This document shows positions 42,362 to 55,881 of a stretch of DNA of 64,000 bases, in pieces. This DNA comes from Eledone cirrhosa (Eukaryota). The notes below the pieces were generated by a model. It was not told the DNA's origin. It worked only from the letters and a program-made list of their open reading frames with translations, and searched no databases. Location: contig OZ024743.1 in NCBI GenBank assembly GCA_964016885.1, positions 29,760,001 through 29,824,000 on the forward strand, written 5' to 3'. Numbering within the stretch: the first letter of the stretch is position 1; each line of letters opens with the position of its first letter. The translations under genes were made by a program, and so were the position numbers.

Positions 42362-43920
42362 GGATACAAGTTGGGAAGGGGAGAGCTTACCATCAATCAC
42401 CTCCTCTTCATGGACGATCTTAAGCTCTTCGGGAAAAGTGAGAAGGAGTTGGATGTGCTTGTTGACACTGTCCGTATTTTCAGCAGTGATATATGTATGA
42501 AGTTTGGTATTGGTAAATGTGGAGTCATTGTGATGAAGAGGGGTAGGTTGAGCAGAAGTAACGGGATCCAGATACCAATAGGTGAGATGATAAAGGAAAT
42601 TGACTCTGAGGAAGGATACAAGTATTTGGGCGTTCTGGAGGCTGATGGCATAAAGAACAAAAAAATGAAGGAATTGTTAAGAACTGAATACATTCGGAGA
42701 GTAAGGAGCGTATTGAAGTCACATCTGAACAGCAGAAATGCCATAAGCGCAGTAAATTCCCGAGCTGTGTCTATTATTAGGTATAGTGCGGGAATTCTGA
42801 GATGGAATGTTGCTGAACCAAAAGAAATGGATAGGAAGACTAGGAAGCTATTGACTATCTACAACATGTTCCACAAGAGGAGTGATGTCGATAGACTCTA
42901 CCTAAGGAGATCTGAGGGTGGAAGAGGTCTTATCAGCATAGAGGACTGTGTTCAGATGGAGAAAAACAACCTATACAAATACGTGACCTATAGTAAGGAG
43001 CCAATGCTCAGAACTGTACTGAAGGAGGGGACAGTAGGCCAGGGGATGTCCAAGGAGGAAATAACATCAAGGAGGAAGAGCAGCCTTAAGGGAAAATCCC
43101 TTCATAGTACCTTCTTTGAGAAAACTGAATTTAGAGATCCACAGACATGGAACTGGTTGAGAAGAGGAGACCTCAAAAAGGCTACAGAAGGAATGTTAAT
43201 GGCTGCGCAGGAGCAGGCCCTCAAAACGAAGTGGTTGAAGCACCATATCTACAAGGAGGAGGCTAGCCCACTGTGCAGGATCTGTGGAGAGAGAGAGGAG
43301 ACTGTGGCTCACATTGTGTCCGAGTGTAAACACCTAGCCCAGACCCACTATAAGGGCTGGAGACACGATGTGATGGGCAGGGTGATCCACTGCCACCTGT
43401 GCAAAGTAAACAATCTACCACATTCTGAGAAATGGTATGAGCATAGGCCAGAGGCGGTGATGGAGAACAGTCAGGTGAAGGTGCTGTGAGATTTTAGGAT
43501 ACAGACGGACAAAAAACTGGAACACAATAGACCTGACCTGGTGGTTGTGGACAAAGAAAAAAGATCGTGCCTGATTGTGGATGTGGCCTGCCCGTTCGAC
43601 ACGAGAGTGCAAGAGAAGGAGAGGGAGAAAATTAACCGATACCAGGACCTAAAGTGGGAGGTGAAAAGAATTTGGAACTGCCATGAAGTCAAAGTGATCC
43701 CGATTGTCATAGGCGCACTGGGGACTATCTCCAAAGGTTTCCAGGGATGGTTAAAGAAAATCGGCCCCTTCACGCTTTTTGGAACGCTTCAAAAGAGATG
43801 CTTGCTTGGAACAGCAAGAACCCTCCGATACGTCCTGAATATCTGAGGCTGCAGGTAGTGGCTTGATATTCAATCCAACGGACTTTCCAGTTAACCAACA
43901 TCAATGACTGAGATTCAAGG
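42362..43920 (+). mobile_element. R4/Dong-like family A, 5'-truncated young copy
   Basis: Nearly open frame from HLLFMDDLKL to the RLE (one TGG>TGA stop). (AAT)n on both sides. Confidence 0.95.
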
Positions 43921-43950
43921 AATAACAATAACAATAATAATAATAATAAT

Positions 43951-46900
43951 TTCTTTATTAACCACAAGAGTTTACATAAAGCAGATATTAAGGAGAGTAC
44001 AGGACAATACAGGGCGGTACAAATGGGCATTTCTGCGTGTAAAAAAAACAAGAAACAGAGGATGAAATAATAGAACAATGAATAAAATTCCCCAATAGGG
44101 GGAGCCTTCCGAGGGACATTTGTGGAGAAAGCCCATTAAAAAGCCACAGTGACCTTGACCACCAGGGCAAGTGCCCTCTCCCAGTTTTCCACCTTTAATT
44201 TACAGACACATACTCAGAGTAGGACCATTCACTCGGGCCATTCTTGCCTCTCTCACCCATCGTTCAACAAAATGCTGGGAAGAGAGTACTTCCCTTTCTA
44301 CACTGATTTTCCTTTTCAAATGAAATTTGAAAAAGTTAATAAGGGCATCACCGAAGAGTAAATGCTCGTCTTCAGCCCTTTCAAACGTGTCCACCATACT
44401 ATCTCGTTCGCCATGGCCACCAGACAGATAAAAACTGCCTGCCCTTCCCGGCTGAAGGAAGAGGGCGGGGCAATCCTCACGATGGACTCAGCTGATAGCT
44501 GGATCCACACCTGATCCCCGTCGAGGAAGAGGTGGAGATGTCATAGCCTGAGCGCGTGTCTGCGCATCATCAGCCACGACATTCCCAGCCCTCCACGTAG
44601 CGGGTGTTGACAGCAGTTGGATCCCCTGACCATCTGAGCGCGTCCCTTCCACCAAAAGAGAAAGAGCAAACGCTCCAGGGCAGTCAGGCGGGGCTTAGGA
44701 CAAGGTACCACGGTCAGGCGGTAGTAGATGACGGACGGGATATACGCGTTAGCCAACAACGCTCGCCCTTTCAGGGATAGCTTCCTCTCCGCCCATTTCT
44801 GGGTGAGAGAAGCCACCCTGCTCGTCACTTCGTCCCAGTTTTTGTCCGTCTGGAGATCGGGACCGAACCAGACCCCGAGCAATTTAACCGGTCCGTCGGT
44901 CCAGCGCCAGTCGACGCTGTTGGACGGCATGGACCTGCCTCTCCAGGTGGCGAGCTGCAGGCTCACTGACTTTTCCTGGTTGATCATTGCTCCTGTCACC
45001 GCTTCGTATTGTTTTAGTGTAGTGCCGATCGCCTCGATATGTTTGGCGTTCGACACCACTACGGTGACATCGTCCCCATATGCTGACACGGATCTTCCTC
45101 ATCCTAGTTCGCGCGGGGCCCCCTCAACGTCTCCAGTTTGTGCAGTAATGGCTGGAGAGTCAATACGTACAATAGGGACGAGAGGGGACATCCTTGGCGG
45201 ACCGAGCTCATGATGTTGAACGGTTCCGAAAGGTGACCGATCACTCTCACCACAGAGCAGATGTCGCTGTGCATAGCAGCGATCCAGTCTCTGAAGACGG
45301 GCCCAAAGCCAGCCGCCCTCGACTGCCGCTAGGTAACGATCGTCGACCCTATCGAAAGCTTTCGACTGATCTAAATTGATCAAGGACCCACCCGTGCCAG
45401 GTTCCCTAGCTACCCTCTCTACGATGTATCACATGAGTTGGAGGTTGTCGTGGATGGATCTGTCGGGAATGGCGCATGTCTGCGCCTCTCCCACCAGACC
45501 ACCAACGACAAGCACCAACCACTTTGCTAGCACCTTGGCCAAAATCTTGAGCTCTGTGTTTAGCAGAGTTATGGGACTAAAATTATCTATGTTATCCCCC
45601 TTGTTCGGATCCTTTCTCAGCCCGGCCACAGCTCCTGGGCTCACAGAGCTGGGAATTCTCCCGTTCTGTTGCCAGTTGCAGTAGACATCCGCCAAGAGGC
45701 CTCCGAACAAGTCTGGCATCTGTACGTAAAGTTCATAGGGCAGACCATCCAAACCAGGCGATTTAACCCTTGTGCAGCTAGCCATTGCCTCCGTACTTCA
45801 GCGGTTGTTATCGGCTTTTCGCAACACTCCGCATCAGTGGCCGAGAGCCGCGGCAGTCCGTCGAGGTAGACACTAAAGTTCATCGCTCGATCCGGCCCGC
45901 CATTTCCCCCGAACAACTGAGTGAAGTGTCGCTTATAAGCTTAACACATTTGCCCGGGATCGAGTAGCATGCGCCCGTCCTGGTCTACCAATGACCGGAT
46001 CGTGGCTTTGTTGCCACGACGCGCCTCCGTCACTCGGGCCCATTGAACGGCTTTCGTCCCCTCGTGTCTGAGAGCACGCACCCTAGCTCTGACAACGGAG
46101 CCTTCGTGCTTTGTATTGAAAAATTGGTCAAGGGCCAATTTCGCCGCAATTACGTCGGTCGCGATGCCTTTGCTAAGCGCCTCGTCTAATGTTCTAACTA
46201 ATTCTCCTTCTGCTCTATTTTCCTCTATTGCTAAAGCCTTAATAAACCTAATGGACTCTATTCTAATTGCTCTTTTCAGAGCAAACCACCACCTGTTGTT
46301 GACGATGGCCCCCCTCAACGCCCGCTTAACTAGTTCGCTAATCCGGTCTTTGTAGGACTTGCGCGCTGGTAAGGACACGTTTAGCTTCCAGTAGCCGGGT
46401 CCTCGTCTATGAAGCCTATCTAATTCAAGCACACATATCACGAATTAGTCGTCCGTGTAGCTGACTATCTTGAATTGTGGACACCCTATGCTAGACCTAT
46501 CTATTTCTCTACAAAATACTCTTTCTAGATATGATCTGGATGACCCTATGCGATTTGTCCAAGTCCACATTGGCACATTAGGGAAATCCAATCGGTACCT
46601 GTCAGACAGTTCAAAATGCCTGAGCAGGTTGGTGAGGTTCTTGCACCCTCCTCCCCTATCCTCTAATCCCACACAGTCCCAGCGTGCATCTAAGATCCCG
46701 TTCCAGTAGCCCACTAACACTAAAGAGCGGGACGTTCCAAGAAAGGTCTCCAGACGCCGGAAGAAATCAGGCCGCCCTGCTCCTGTCGGGACATAGACGG
46801 CCACTAACCTGAAAGCTTAGCCGTCTCCGCTGGTCACGTCTACCACCACCAAGTTACCTTCTGGGTTCAGGAAGATGGCACGTATTGCAAGATCCAAACC

Positions 46901-49274
46901 TCTCCGAAAAACACGGCAACTCCACCTCCCAATCTCGGACGGCTGCGAGATGCGTACACATCGTAGCCGCCGAAGATCGGTGCCAAGGCCCATGCTTCTG
47001 AGATACTGGTCTCGCTGATGGCCACTACATCTATGTTTAGTGACCTGAGGTCGTTGAGTAGGTGGCCCTGCATCCATGACGACCCCAAGCCACGCGCATT
47101 TATGCTGCCTATTCTGAGTGAGGTCATGTTGAAAAGGAGTGGAAAAGATGGGAAAGACCACTTACCTTAATTCTCGTAGGGGAAGGACGGTTTTTCCATC
47201 CTTTTCACTGCTTGTGGCCTCCTCAGGAAGGATGTCCTTATAAATCCTCCTGGAGAGTGTTTGTCGGAAGTCACCAATGTCTTTGGGGAATTTTTGTTTT
47301 AGTGTCGTGTAGGTTTTCTGTGTGATGCGAGTGATTATTATGTGTGGAGGTGGTGTGAACATTTGGCTTGTTGTGTAGTCTTTTTCTCTGATGAAGGTGT
47401 TGTGTTGCATGTAGTGTAATAATTGGTTCTTGTTCAAATTTAATGCTGCGTAGTGTGTATCGTTTTGGTTGTTTTGTTTCGTTTGCGTTTGTTGTGGGTT
47501 TGTTTGTTACGCTTTTTGGTGACTTTTGTTGTGTTGAGAATCGTGGTGTTGGGGTTAACGATGGTGATGGTGTTGGTATTTGTGGTGATGGGGTTGGTGA
47601 TGCTGGTGTGGATGGTGGCATATCTGTCCTAACTTTTTTGTTTGATAATTTATTTATTTCCCTCTGTATTTTGTTTTTGGAGGGTGAAGGAAGATAATTT
47701 ATTCTTTTTTGGTTTCTTTTTTTTCTATTTTCCTGATACCGTTTCCCACTCGTCGTCACAATCTGTCTCCAGTTTCGATAAGCGGGAGAGTGGAAAATCC
47801 CCCACAGGCGTTGGTTTTGGTAGTTGCGTGGTGGATGTGTAGGCGCTGGTGCTAGTTCTGGCACGTTGGGTGGTGGAGGTGTTGGTTTTGCTATTGTTGC
47901 TGGGGTTGTGGCTGTTACAGTTGCTTCTGTTGTTGCTGCTACAGTTGTTGCTGCCAGTTCTGCTGCTGGTGGTGGTGATGGTTGAGTCACTGGGGTGGGT
48001 AGGAGAGGTGGCCTCAACCTTTTAGCCTTAGGGCAGAAAGCCCTTAGGTGGGTTCCTTCACCACAAACGACACACCTAGGTTCTGTCCTCGACGATTACG
48101 GTGAGGGGCTGCCGTTAGTGAGGTCTATGACCTCTGGGAACTCCTCAATGCTTTTATGGTCCGCTTGGATCAGGAGCTCCATCCCAGATCCGGACCAGTT
48201 CTCCTGCTTTTCTTTCGCTATTTCAATTATTTTGGTGTAGGCCTCGATGCCGGCGAGGACGGCAGCCATTAGCCAGGGAATTTCGATGGCTGGTGGTACG
48301 CGGGTCACCCTTATCTTCACAAGTCTCTGGCCACAATAGCTTGGGACGAGTGTGAAGTCGTCACTTCTTAATGGGGCCGTGGAGTGTTCTCTGGCCTCCT
48401 GTGGTGTTTCAAAGAACACGTCCACGGTTTCATATTTCTGCCCACGTCTGATGTGTTTTTTTTGCCCACACATGTCCCAAAGCCTTTTGGATTTGGGACT
48501 CGGATGCCCGTTCGAGTCGGCGCGATTTTATGTTAATTGTCCGATAAGACACGGTGCATAGGCGACGTTGCTCCATTTTATTAGCTGGGAGGGGGGGGGG
48601 GCTGACCCTGTACCCATCTTTCTCTACCATTCCTCCTGAGTTACCTGGATAGCGTCGCACGTTTTTGCTACTCTCGCAAAACTCAGGGTAGTTTTCTTAA
48701 TTTCATTGTTGCTGTTGGTGTTATCGTTATGTTTGCTATTGTTAATTTTAGTTTCAGTTGTGGTGGTGGTGGCGTCAGTGGTGTTCGGTGTGGAAGAGTT
48801 CATTTTGGTTGAATACATTTCGATATCACGAGTTAATTAATTTTTTTCTTTTGTTTCTGTTGTCGCTGTGGTGGTGGTGGGGTGGCGGCTTTAACACCTG
48901 CAGTTATTGGTAATGGCGAGAAATGAACGTCTTCCTGAGACAAATTAAACATATTGCTACTGCTTACATTTCCAGTGTTGGCAAACGTAGCAATATTTAC
49001 AATGGTGGTGTCGGTGTGAGGTGTTAGTTTGTGAGGAAGGAGTGACACAGAGTCATCCATGATTTTTCAAAGAAAGATTTTTGTTTGATAATTATAAAAA
49101 GTTTAAATTTTGGGCTCAAGGCCCCAATCTTTTTGAGTGTCATTTTCAGAAATCGATGTATGTGCAGTTATATACAGTTAACATTAAAAATTTCCATAAA
49201 TGGTAATTTTAAACAACTGAAAATAACAAACCTTTGCGGAGCTCACGATGATATAATTTACTACGTAGGACGCC
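43951..49274 (-). mobile_element. Tx1/L1-clade LINE family T1, copy 2 (full-length, about 480-bp deletion near 44507)
   Basis: Colinear with copy 1 and has the same termini. (AAT)n on both sides. Confidence 0.95.
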
Positions 49275-49286
49275 AATAATAATAAT

Positions 49287-49334
<48 letters not shown>

Positions 49335-49335
49335 T

Positions 49336-49760
49336 AGGATACAGACGGACAAAAAACTGGAACACAATAGACCTGACCTGGTGGTTGTGGACAAAGAAAA
49401 AAGATCGTGTCTGATTGTGGATGTGGCCTGCCCGTTCGACACGAGAGTGCAAGAGAAGGAGAGGGAGAAAATTAACCGATACCAGGACCTAAAGTGGGAG
49501 GTGAAAAGGATTTGGAACTGCCATGAAGTCAAAGTGATCCCGATTGTCATAGGCGCACTGGGGACTATCTCCAAAAGTTTCCAGGGATGGTTAAAGAAAA
49601 TTGGCCCCTTCACGCTTTTTGGAACGCTTCAAAAGGCATGCTTGCTTGGAACAGCAAGAACCCTCCGATACGTCCTGAATATCTGAGGCTGCAGGTAGTG
49701 GCTTGATATTCAATCCAATGGACTTTCCAGTTAACCAACATCAATGACTGAGATTCAAGG
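49336..49760 (+). mobile_element. R4/Dong-like family A, 3' fragment
   Basis: Nearly identical to 43496-43920 (a handful of substitutions). Confidence 0.95.
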
Positions 49761-49791
49761 AATAACAACAATAATAATAATAATAATAATA

Positions 49792-52444
49792 GATTCTATA
49801 TGGACAATAATATGTTCAAAAACAACCAAAGAAACTTCTACAGAAAAATTGGTAAGTTAACAATAACTGCTAAATCAATATCACCCAAGGAGGAAGTGCA
49901 AGAATTCTGGGAAAAGATCTGGGCCGAAGAAAAAGTTCATAACATACATGCCCCATGGATAGACAGATAAATGAAAGATACAGCTCACCTTGAGGAACAA
50001 ATATGGGAAAATATAACAGTTGAACAGTTGCGCTTGGCTCTAAGAAAAACCAGCAAATGGAAATCCCCAGGAAAAGACAAAATACAAAACTTTTGGATAA
50101 ATGTCTCATGAGCTGTTAGCCCAACTTTACAATGAAATAGTTAAGGAGCCAGAAAAGATACCATCATGGCTAGTTAACGGCATTACATTCCTGCTTCCGA
50201 AGAATGATGAGACAAACAAGCCCAAAAATTACAGACCGATAACTTGCTTAACCACAATGTATAAACTGTTAACATCAGTCCTAACTGAATACACATATGA
50301 CCACCTGATAACAAATGACCTATTTCCCATTGAGCAGAAAGGGTGTAAACGAGGCTCATATGGCTGTAAGGATCAGCTTCTGGTTAACAAAATGATACTG
50401 GAAGATTGTCATAATAGACACAAAAATCTATCGATTGCTTGGATAGATTATAAAAAAGCATTCGATAGTTTGCCACACAGTTGGATTGAAAAATGTTTAG
50501 AGATTTTCAAAATATCCCCCGTTGTCAGGAGGTTTTGTCATTCAGTATGAAGACATGGAAAACGACACTCCTTTTGAATAGTGAAACAAAATCACTGGAA
50601 GCTGGAGAAGTTAATATTAATTGTGGAATTTTTCAGGGTGACTCTTTAGCACCGCTTTTATTCTGCATCGCACTTATACCATTAAGTAAAATGCTCAATG
50701 AAACAAAACATGGATATAAAGTCTATGACAAAACCATTAATCACCTGTTCTACATGGATGACCCGAAACTATTTGCAAAAAAATGATGAACAATTGCAAG
50801 GGCTATTATCCACTGTGGAGCAGTTCAATGATGACATTAAAATGGAGTTTGGACTAGATAAATGCGCCAAAGCAACGTTCACCAGAGGAAAGCTGCTGAA
50901 GAGTTCAGACATTAATCTTGATCGGGGGAATGTGATAAGAGAACTTGATAAAAAAAACTTACAAATATCTAGGTGTTTGTGAAGGAGACGGAATCAAGCA
51001 CTCGACAATGAGGGAAAGGATAAGGAAGGAATGTTACCGCAGAGTAAGAGCAATCTTAAGAACGGAATTGAATGCAAGGAATAGGATCGATGCCATAAAC
51101 ACGCTTGCCATACCAGTAGTAACCTACAGTTACAATGTCATCAACTGGTCAAGCACAGAGATCCGTAGGCTCGATACAAAAATTCAAAAATTCTTAACCA
51201 TGCACAGAATGCATCACCCTAAGGCTGATATAGATAGAATATATCTCCCTAGGAAAGAAGGAGGACGTGGGTTAATCCAGTTAGACATTGCGTTGAAAAC
51301 TGCAACAATTGGATTATCTACATATCTAAGGGAATCACATGATTGGAGGATCAAACTCGTTTTGAAACACGAAAGCATCAAAAGATCATATTCCATTACA
51401 AAAGATGCACAAAGATACAGTAATGGACTACAAATTTCAGAAGTCCCATTTACTGCTGAAATGGAAAACAGAAAAAAGCAAAGCAGGTAAAAGTAACTGC
51501 AAAGAAAGAACTGCTACAGAAACTGGCTAAGAAATGGCAAGAAAAGCCTCTGCATGGAAAATACCCAGAGAGAGCTAACAATCCTGATGTTGACAAAACT
51601 TTAACCCATCAGTGGTTGGCATCCTCTGGACTGAAATCGGAGACTGAAGGACTGATTATATCAGCACAAGATCAGTGTCTGCCAACAAAAAATTACCAAG
51701 CCAACATAATAAAGAATGGATACAGCCCATTATGCCGTGTATGCAAAAAACAACCAGAGACCATTGACCATATAATTTCAATGTGCAGTCCTATAGCTCC
51801 AACCGAATACCTAAACAGGCATGACAGAGCTGCACAATAATTACATTGGATAATGTGTAAGCATTTTGACCTGCCCCATCAAAAGAATTGGTGGGAGCAT
51901 CAACCACCTCCCATACTTGAAAAAGATCACATCTCAATCTTGTGGAACTTTAGCATCCAAACAGACCGAAAAATAGATGCAAATAGACCTGATATATTAT
52001 TGAAGGACTTTAAAAAGAGGGTATGCCTGCTAATTGATATGTCTGTTCCAATAGACAAGAATGTATCTATAAAAACATTTGAAAAATTGAGCAAGTATAA
52101 GGACCTGGAGATAGAAATTGGAAAAATGTGGAAATTGAGAACTAAAACAATACCAGTGGTTGTAGGTGCTCTGGGAATGATACCTAAAGGGTCTAATGAT
52201 TACTTATCGCAGATCCCAGGAAACTCGCGTATAGGAGAAATACAAAAGATAGTACTAATGGAAACTGTCCATATACTAAGGAAGATTCTGTCAATATAAG
52301 TACATCACAAGTCTAAACATTAAAGATGCATGTGTGAGTATGTATGTTCTTCCTTGAACATGGCGGACCTTGTTGTCTCTTGAGGTCACTGGTTGTGACT
52401 TGGTGATAACTTGTATGAACATAAAGCAAGATAAATGCAACTGT
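49792..52444 (+). mobile_element. R4/Dong-like family B, 5'-truncated copy
   Basis: [42 protein letters not shown]...H...C, RHD, RPD...IDMSVP. Confidence 0.95.
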
Positions 52445-52480
52445 AATAATAATAATAATAATAATAATAATTATTATTAT

Positions 52481-54606
52481 TATTTCCCATTGAGCAGAAA
52501 GGGTGTAAACGAGGCTCATATGGCTGTAAGGATCAGCTTTTGGTTAACAAAATAATACTGGAAAATTGTCATAATAGACACAAAAATCTATCAAAATTCT
52601 TGGATAGATTATAAAAAAGCATTCGATAGTTTGCCACACAGTTGGATTGAAAAATGTTTAGAGATTTTCAAAATATCTCCCGTTGTCAGGAGGTTTTTGT
52701 CATTCAGTATGAAGACATGGAAAACGACTCTCCTTTTGAATAGTGAAACAAAATCACTGGAAGCTGGAGAAGTTAATATTAATTGTGGAATTTTTCAGGG
52801 TGACTCGTTATCACCGCTTTTATACTGCATCGCACTTATACCATTAAGTAAAATGCTCAATGAAACAAAACATGGATATAAAGTCTATGACAAAACCATT
52901 AATCACTTGTTCTACATGGATGACCTGAAACTATTTGCAAAAAATGATGAACAATTGCAAGGGCTATTATCCACTGTGGGGCGGTTCAGTGATGACATTA
53001 AAATGGAGTTTGGACTAGATAAATGCGCCAAAGCAACGTTCACCAGAGGAAAGCTGCTGAAGAGTTCAGACATTAATCTTGATCGGGGGAATGTGATAAG
53101 AGAATTTGATTAAGAAAAATCTCACAAATATCTAGGTGTTTGTGAAGGAGACGGAATCAAGCACTCGACAATGAGGGAAAGGATAAGGAAGGAATGTTAC
53201 CGCAGAGTAAGAGCAATCTTAAGAACGGAATTGAATGCAAGGAATAGGATCGATGCCATAAAAACGCTTGCCATACCAGTAGTAACCTAAAGTTACAATG
53301 TCATCAACTGGTCAAGCACAGAGATCCATAGGCTCGATACAAAAATTCGAAAATTCTTAACCATGCACAGGATGCATCGCCCTAAGGCAGATAGAGATGG
53401 AATATATCTCCCTGGGAAAGAAGGAGGACGTAGGGTAATCCAGTTAGACATTGCGTTGAAAACTGCAACAATTGGATTATCTACATATCTAAGGGAATCA
53501 CATGATTGGATGATCAAACTCGTTTTGAAACACGAAAGCATCAAAAGATCATACTCCATTACAAAAGATGCACAAAGATACAGTAATGGACTACACATTC
53601 CAGAAGTCCCATTAACTGCTGAAATGGAAAACAGAAAAAAGCAAAGCAGGTAAAAGTAACTGCAAAGAAAGAACTGCTACAGAAACTGGCTAAGAAATGG
53701 CAAGAAAAGCTTCTGTATGGAAAATACCCAGAACGAGCTAACAATCCTGATGTTGACAACACTTTAACCCATCAGTGGTTGGCATCCTCTGGACTGAAAT
53801 CGGAGACTGAAGGACTGATTATATCAGCACAAGATCAGTGTCTGCCAACAAAAAATTACCAAGCCAACATAATAAAAAATGGATACAGCCCATTATGCCG
53901 TGTATGTAAAATACAACCAGAAACCATTGACCATATAATTTCAATGTGCAGTCCTATAACTCCAACCGTATACCTAAACAGGCATGACAGAGCTACACAA
54001 TACATACATTGGATAATGTGTAAGCATATTGACCTGCCCCATCAAAAGAATTGGTGGGAGCATCAACCACCTCCCATACTTGAAAAAGATCACATCTCAA
54101 TCTTGTGGAACTTTAGCATCCAAACAGAAGGAAAAATAGATGCAAATGACCTGATATAATACTGAAGGACTTTAAAAAGAGGGTATGCCTGCTAATTGAT
54201 ATTCCGTTCCAATAGACAAGAATGTATCTATAAAAACATTTGAAAAATTGAGCAAGTATAAGGACCTGGAGATAGAAATTTGAAAAATGTGGAAATTGAG
54301 AACTAAAACAATACCAGTGGTTGTAGGCGCTCTAGGAATGATACCTAATGGGTCTAATGATTAGTTATCGCAAATCCCAGGAAACCCGCGTATAGGAGAA
54401 ATACAAAAGATAGTACTAATGGGAACTGCCCATATACTAAGGAAGATTATGTCAATATAAGTACATCACAAGTCTAAACACTTAAAGATGCATGTGTGAG
54501 TATGTATGTTCTTCCTTGAACATGGCGGACCTTGTTGTCTCTTGAGGTCACTGGTTGTGACTTGGTGATAACTCGTATGAATATAAAGCAAGATAAATGC
54601 AACTGT
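52481..54606 (+). mobile_element. R4/Dong-like family B, second 5'-truncated copy
   Basis: Colinear with 50321-52444. Confidence 0.95.
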
Positions 54607-54622
54607 AATAATAATAATAATA

Positions 54623-55063
54623 GGAAGGTGCTATGGGATTGTAGGATAGAGACAAGAAATTATAACACAATAGGTCTGACCTGGTGGTTTTGGACAAGGA
54701 AACAAATCGTGTCTGAATGTAGATGTAGCCTATCCATTTGACACGAGAGCGCAAGAAGAGGAGAGGGAGAAAAGTAACCGATACCAGGATTTGAAGTGGG
54801 AATGAAAAAGGATTTGGAACTGTCATGAAATCAAGGTCTTCCCGATTGTCATAGGTGCACTAGGTACTATCTCAAAGAGTTTTCAAGGATGGTTAAAAAA
54901 GATTAGTCCAACCCCACTTTTTCGAACACTTCAAAAGGCATGCTTGCTGGGAACAGCAAGAGCCCTCCGATACGTCCTGAATATCTGAGGCTGCCGGTAG
55001 TGGCTTGATATTCATTTCAACAAACTTTCCAGTTAAATAACATCAATGATTGAGACTCAAAAA
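54623..55063 (+). mobile_element. R4/Dong-like family A, older 3' fragment
   Basis: Diverged RLE region plus family A 3' UTR, between (AAT)n tracts. Confidence 0.85.
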
Positions 55064-55065
55064 AC

Positions 55066-55101
<36 letters not shown>

Positions 55102-55103
<2 letters not shown>

Positions 55104-55881
55104 TTTCTTTATTAAACACAAGGGTTTACATAAAGTAGAGATTAAGGAGAGTGCAGGAAAATACAGGACGATACAATGGGCATTTCTGCGTGTAAAACCA
55201 AAAACAGAGGATGTAACAAAAAAAATAACAATGAAAAATTCCCCAATAGGGGGGAGACTTCGGAGGGACATTTGTGGAGAAAGCCGATTAAAAGGCCACA
55301 GTGACCTTGACCACCAGGGCAAGTGCCCTCTCCCAGTTTTCCACCTTTAATTTACAGACGCATATTCAGAGTAGGCCCATTACTCGGGCCATTCTTGCTT
55401 CTCTCACCCATCTTTCAACAAAATGCTGGGAAGAGAGTACTTCCCTCTCTACCCTGATTTTCCTTTTCAAATGAAATTTGAAAAAGTTAATAAGGGCATC
55501 ACCGAAGAAGTAAATGCTCGTCTTCAGCCCTTTCAAACGTGTCCACCATACTATCTCGTTCGCCATAGCCACCAGACAGATAAAAACTGCCTGCCCTTCC
55601 CGGCTAAAGGAAGAGGGCGGGGCAATCCTCACGATGGACTCAGCTGATAGCCGGATTCGTCCTACACGCGACAGCAGGTGTTCGACATAAACCCACAAGT
55701 CAGCAATGCTTGGACACTGGACGAGTGCGTGCAGGACGGTTTCGTCGCCCAGCGCGCATTTTGGACATGCCTGGCTGACGGCACCTCCATGCCTGTAGAG
55801 TTTATCCCGAACTGGCAAGGCAGTAGCACTGCCAGGCCAGGGATTTCTGGAAGTTGTCCATAGGCCCCGGCCCGAAAGTTC
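55102..55881 (-). mobile_element. Tx1/L1-clade family T1, 5'-truncated copy 3
   Basis: Matches 30302-31080. (AAT)n at its 3' end and a short ATAATAATAA at its 5' junction. Confidence 0.9.

Noticed and set aside
43496-49790. 430-bp near-identical flanks of Tx1 copy 2 as LTRs or a giant TSD
   Set aside because: They are 3' ends of the same young Dong-like subfamily, each with its own (AAT)n boundary.
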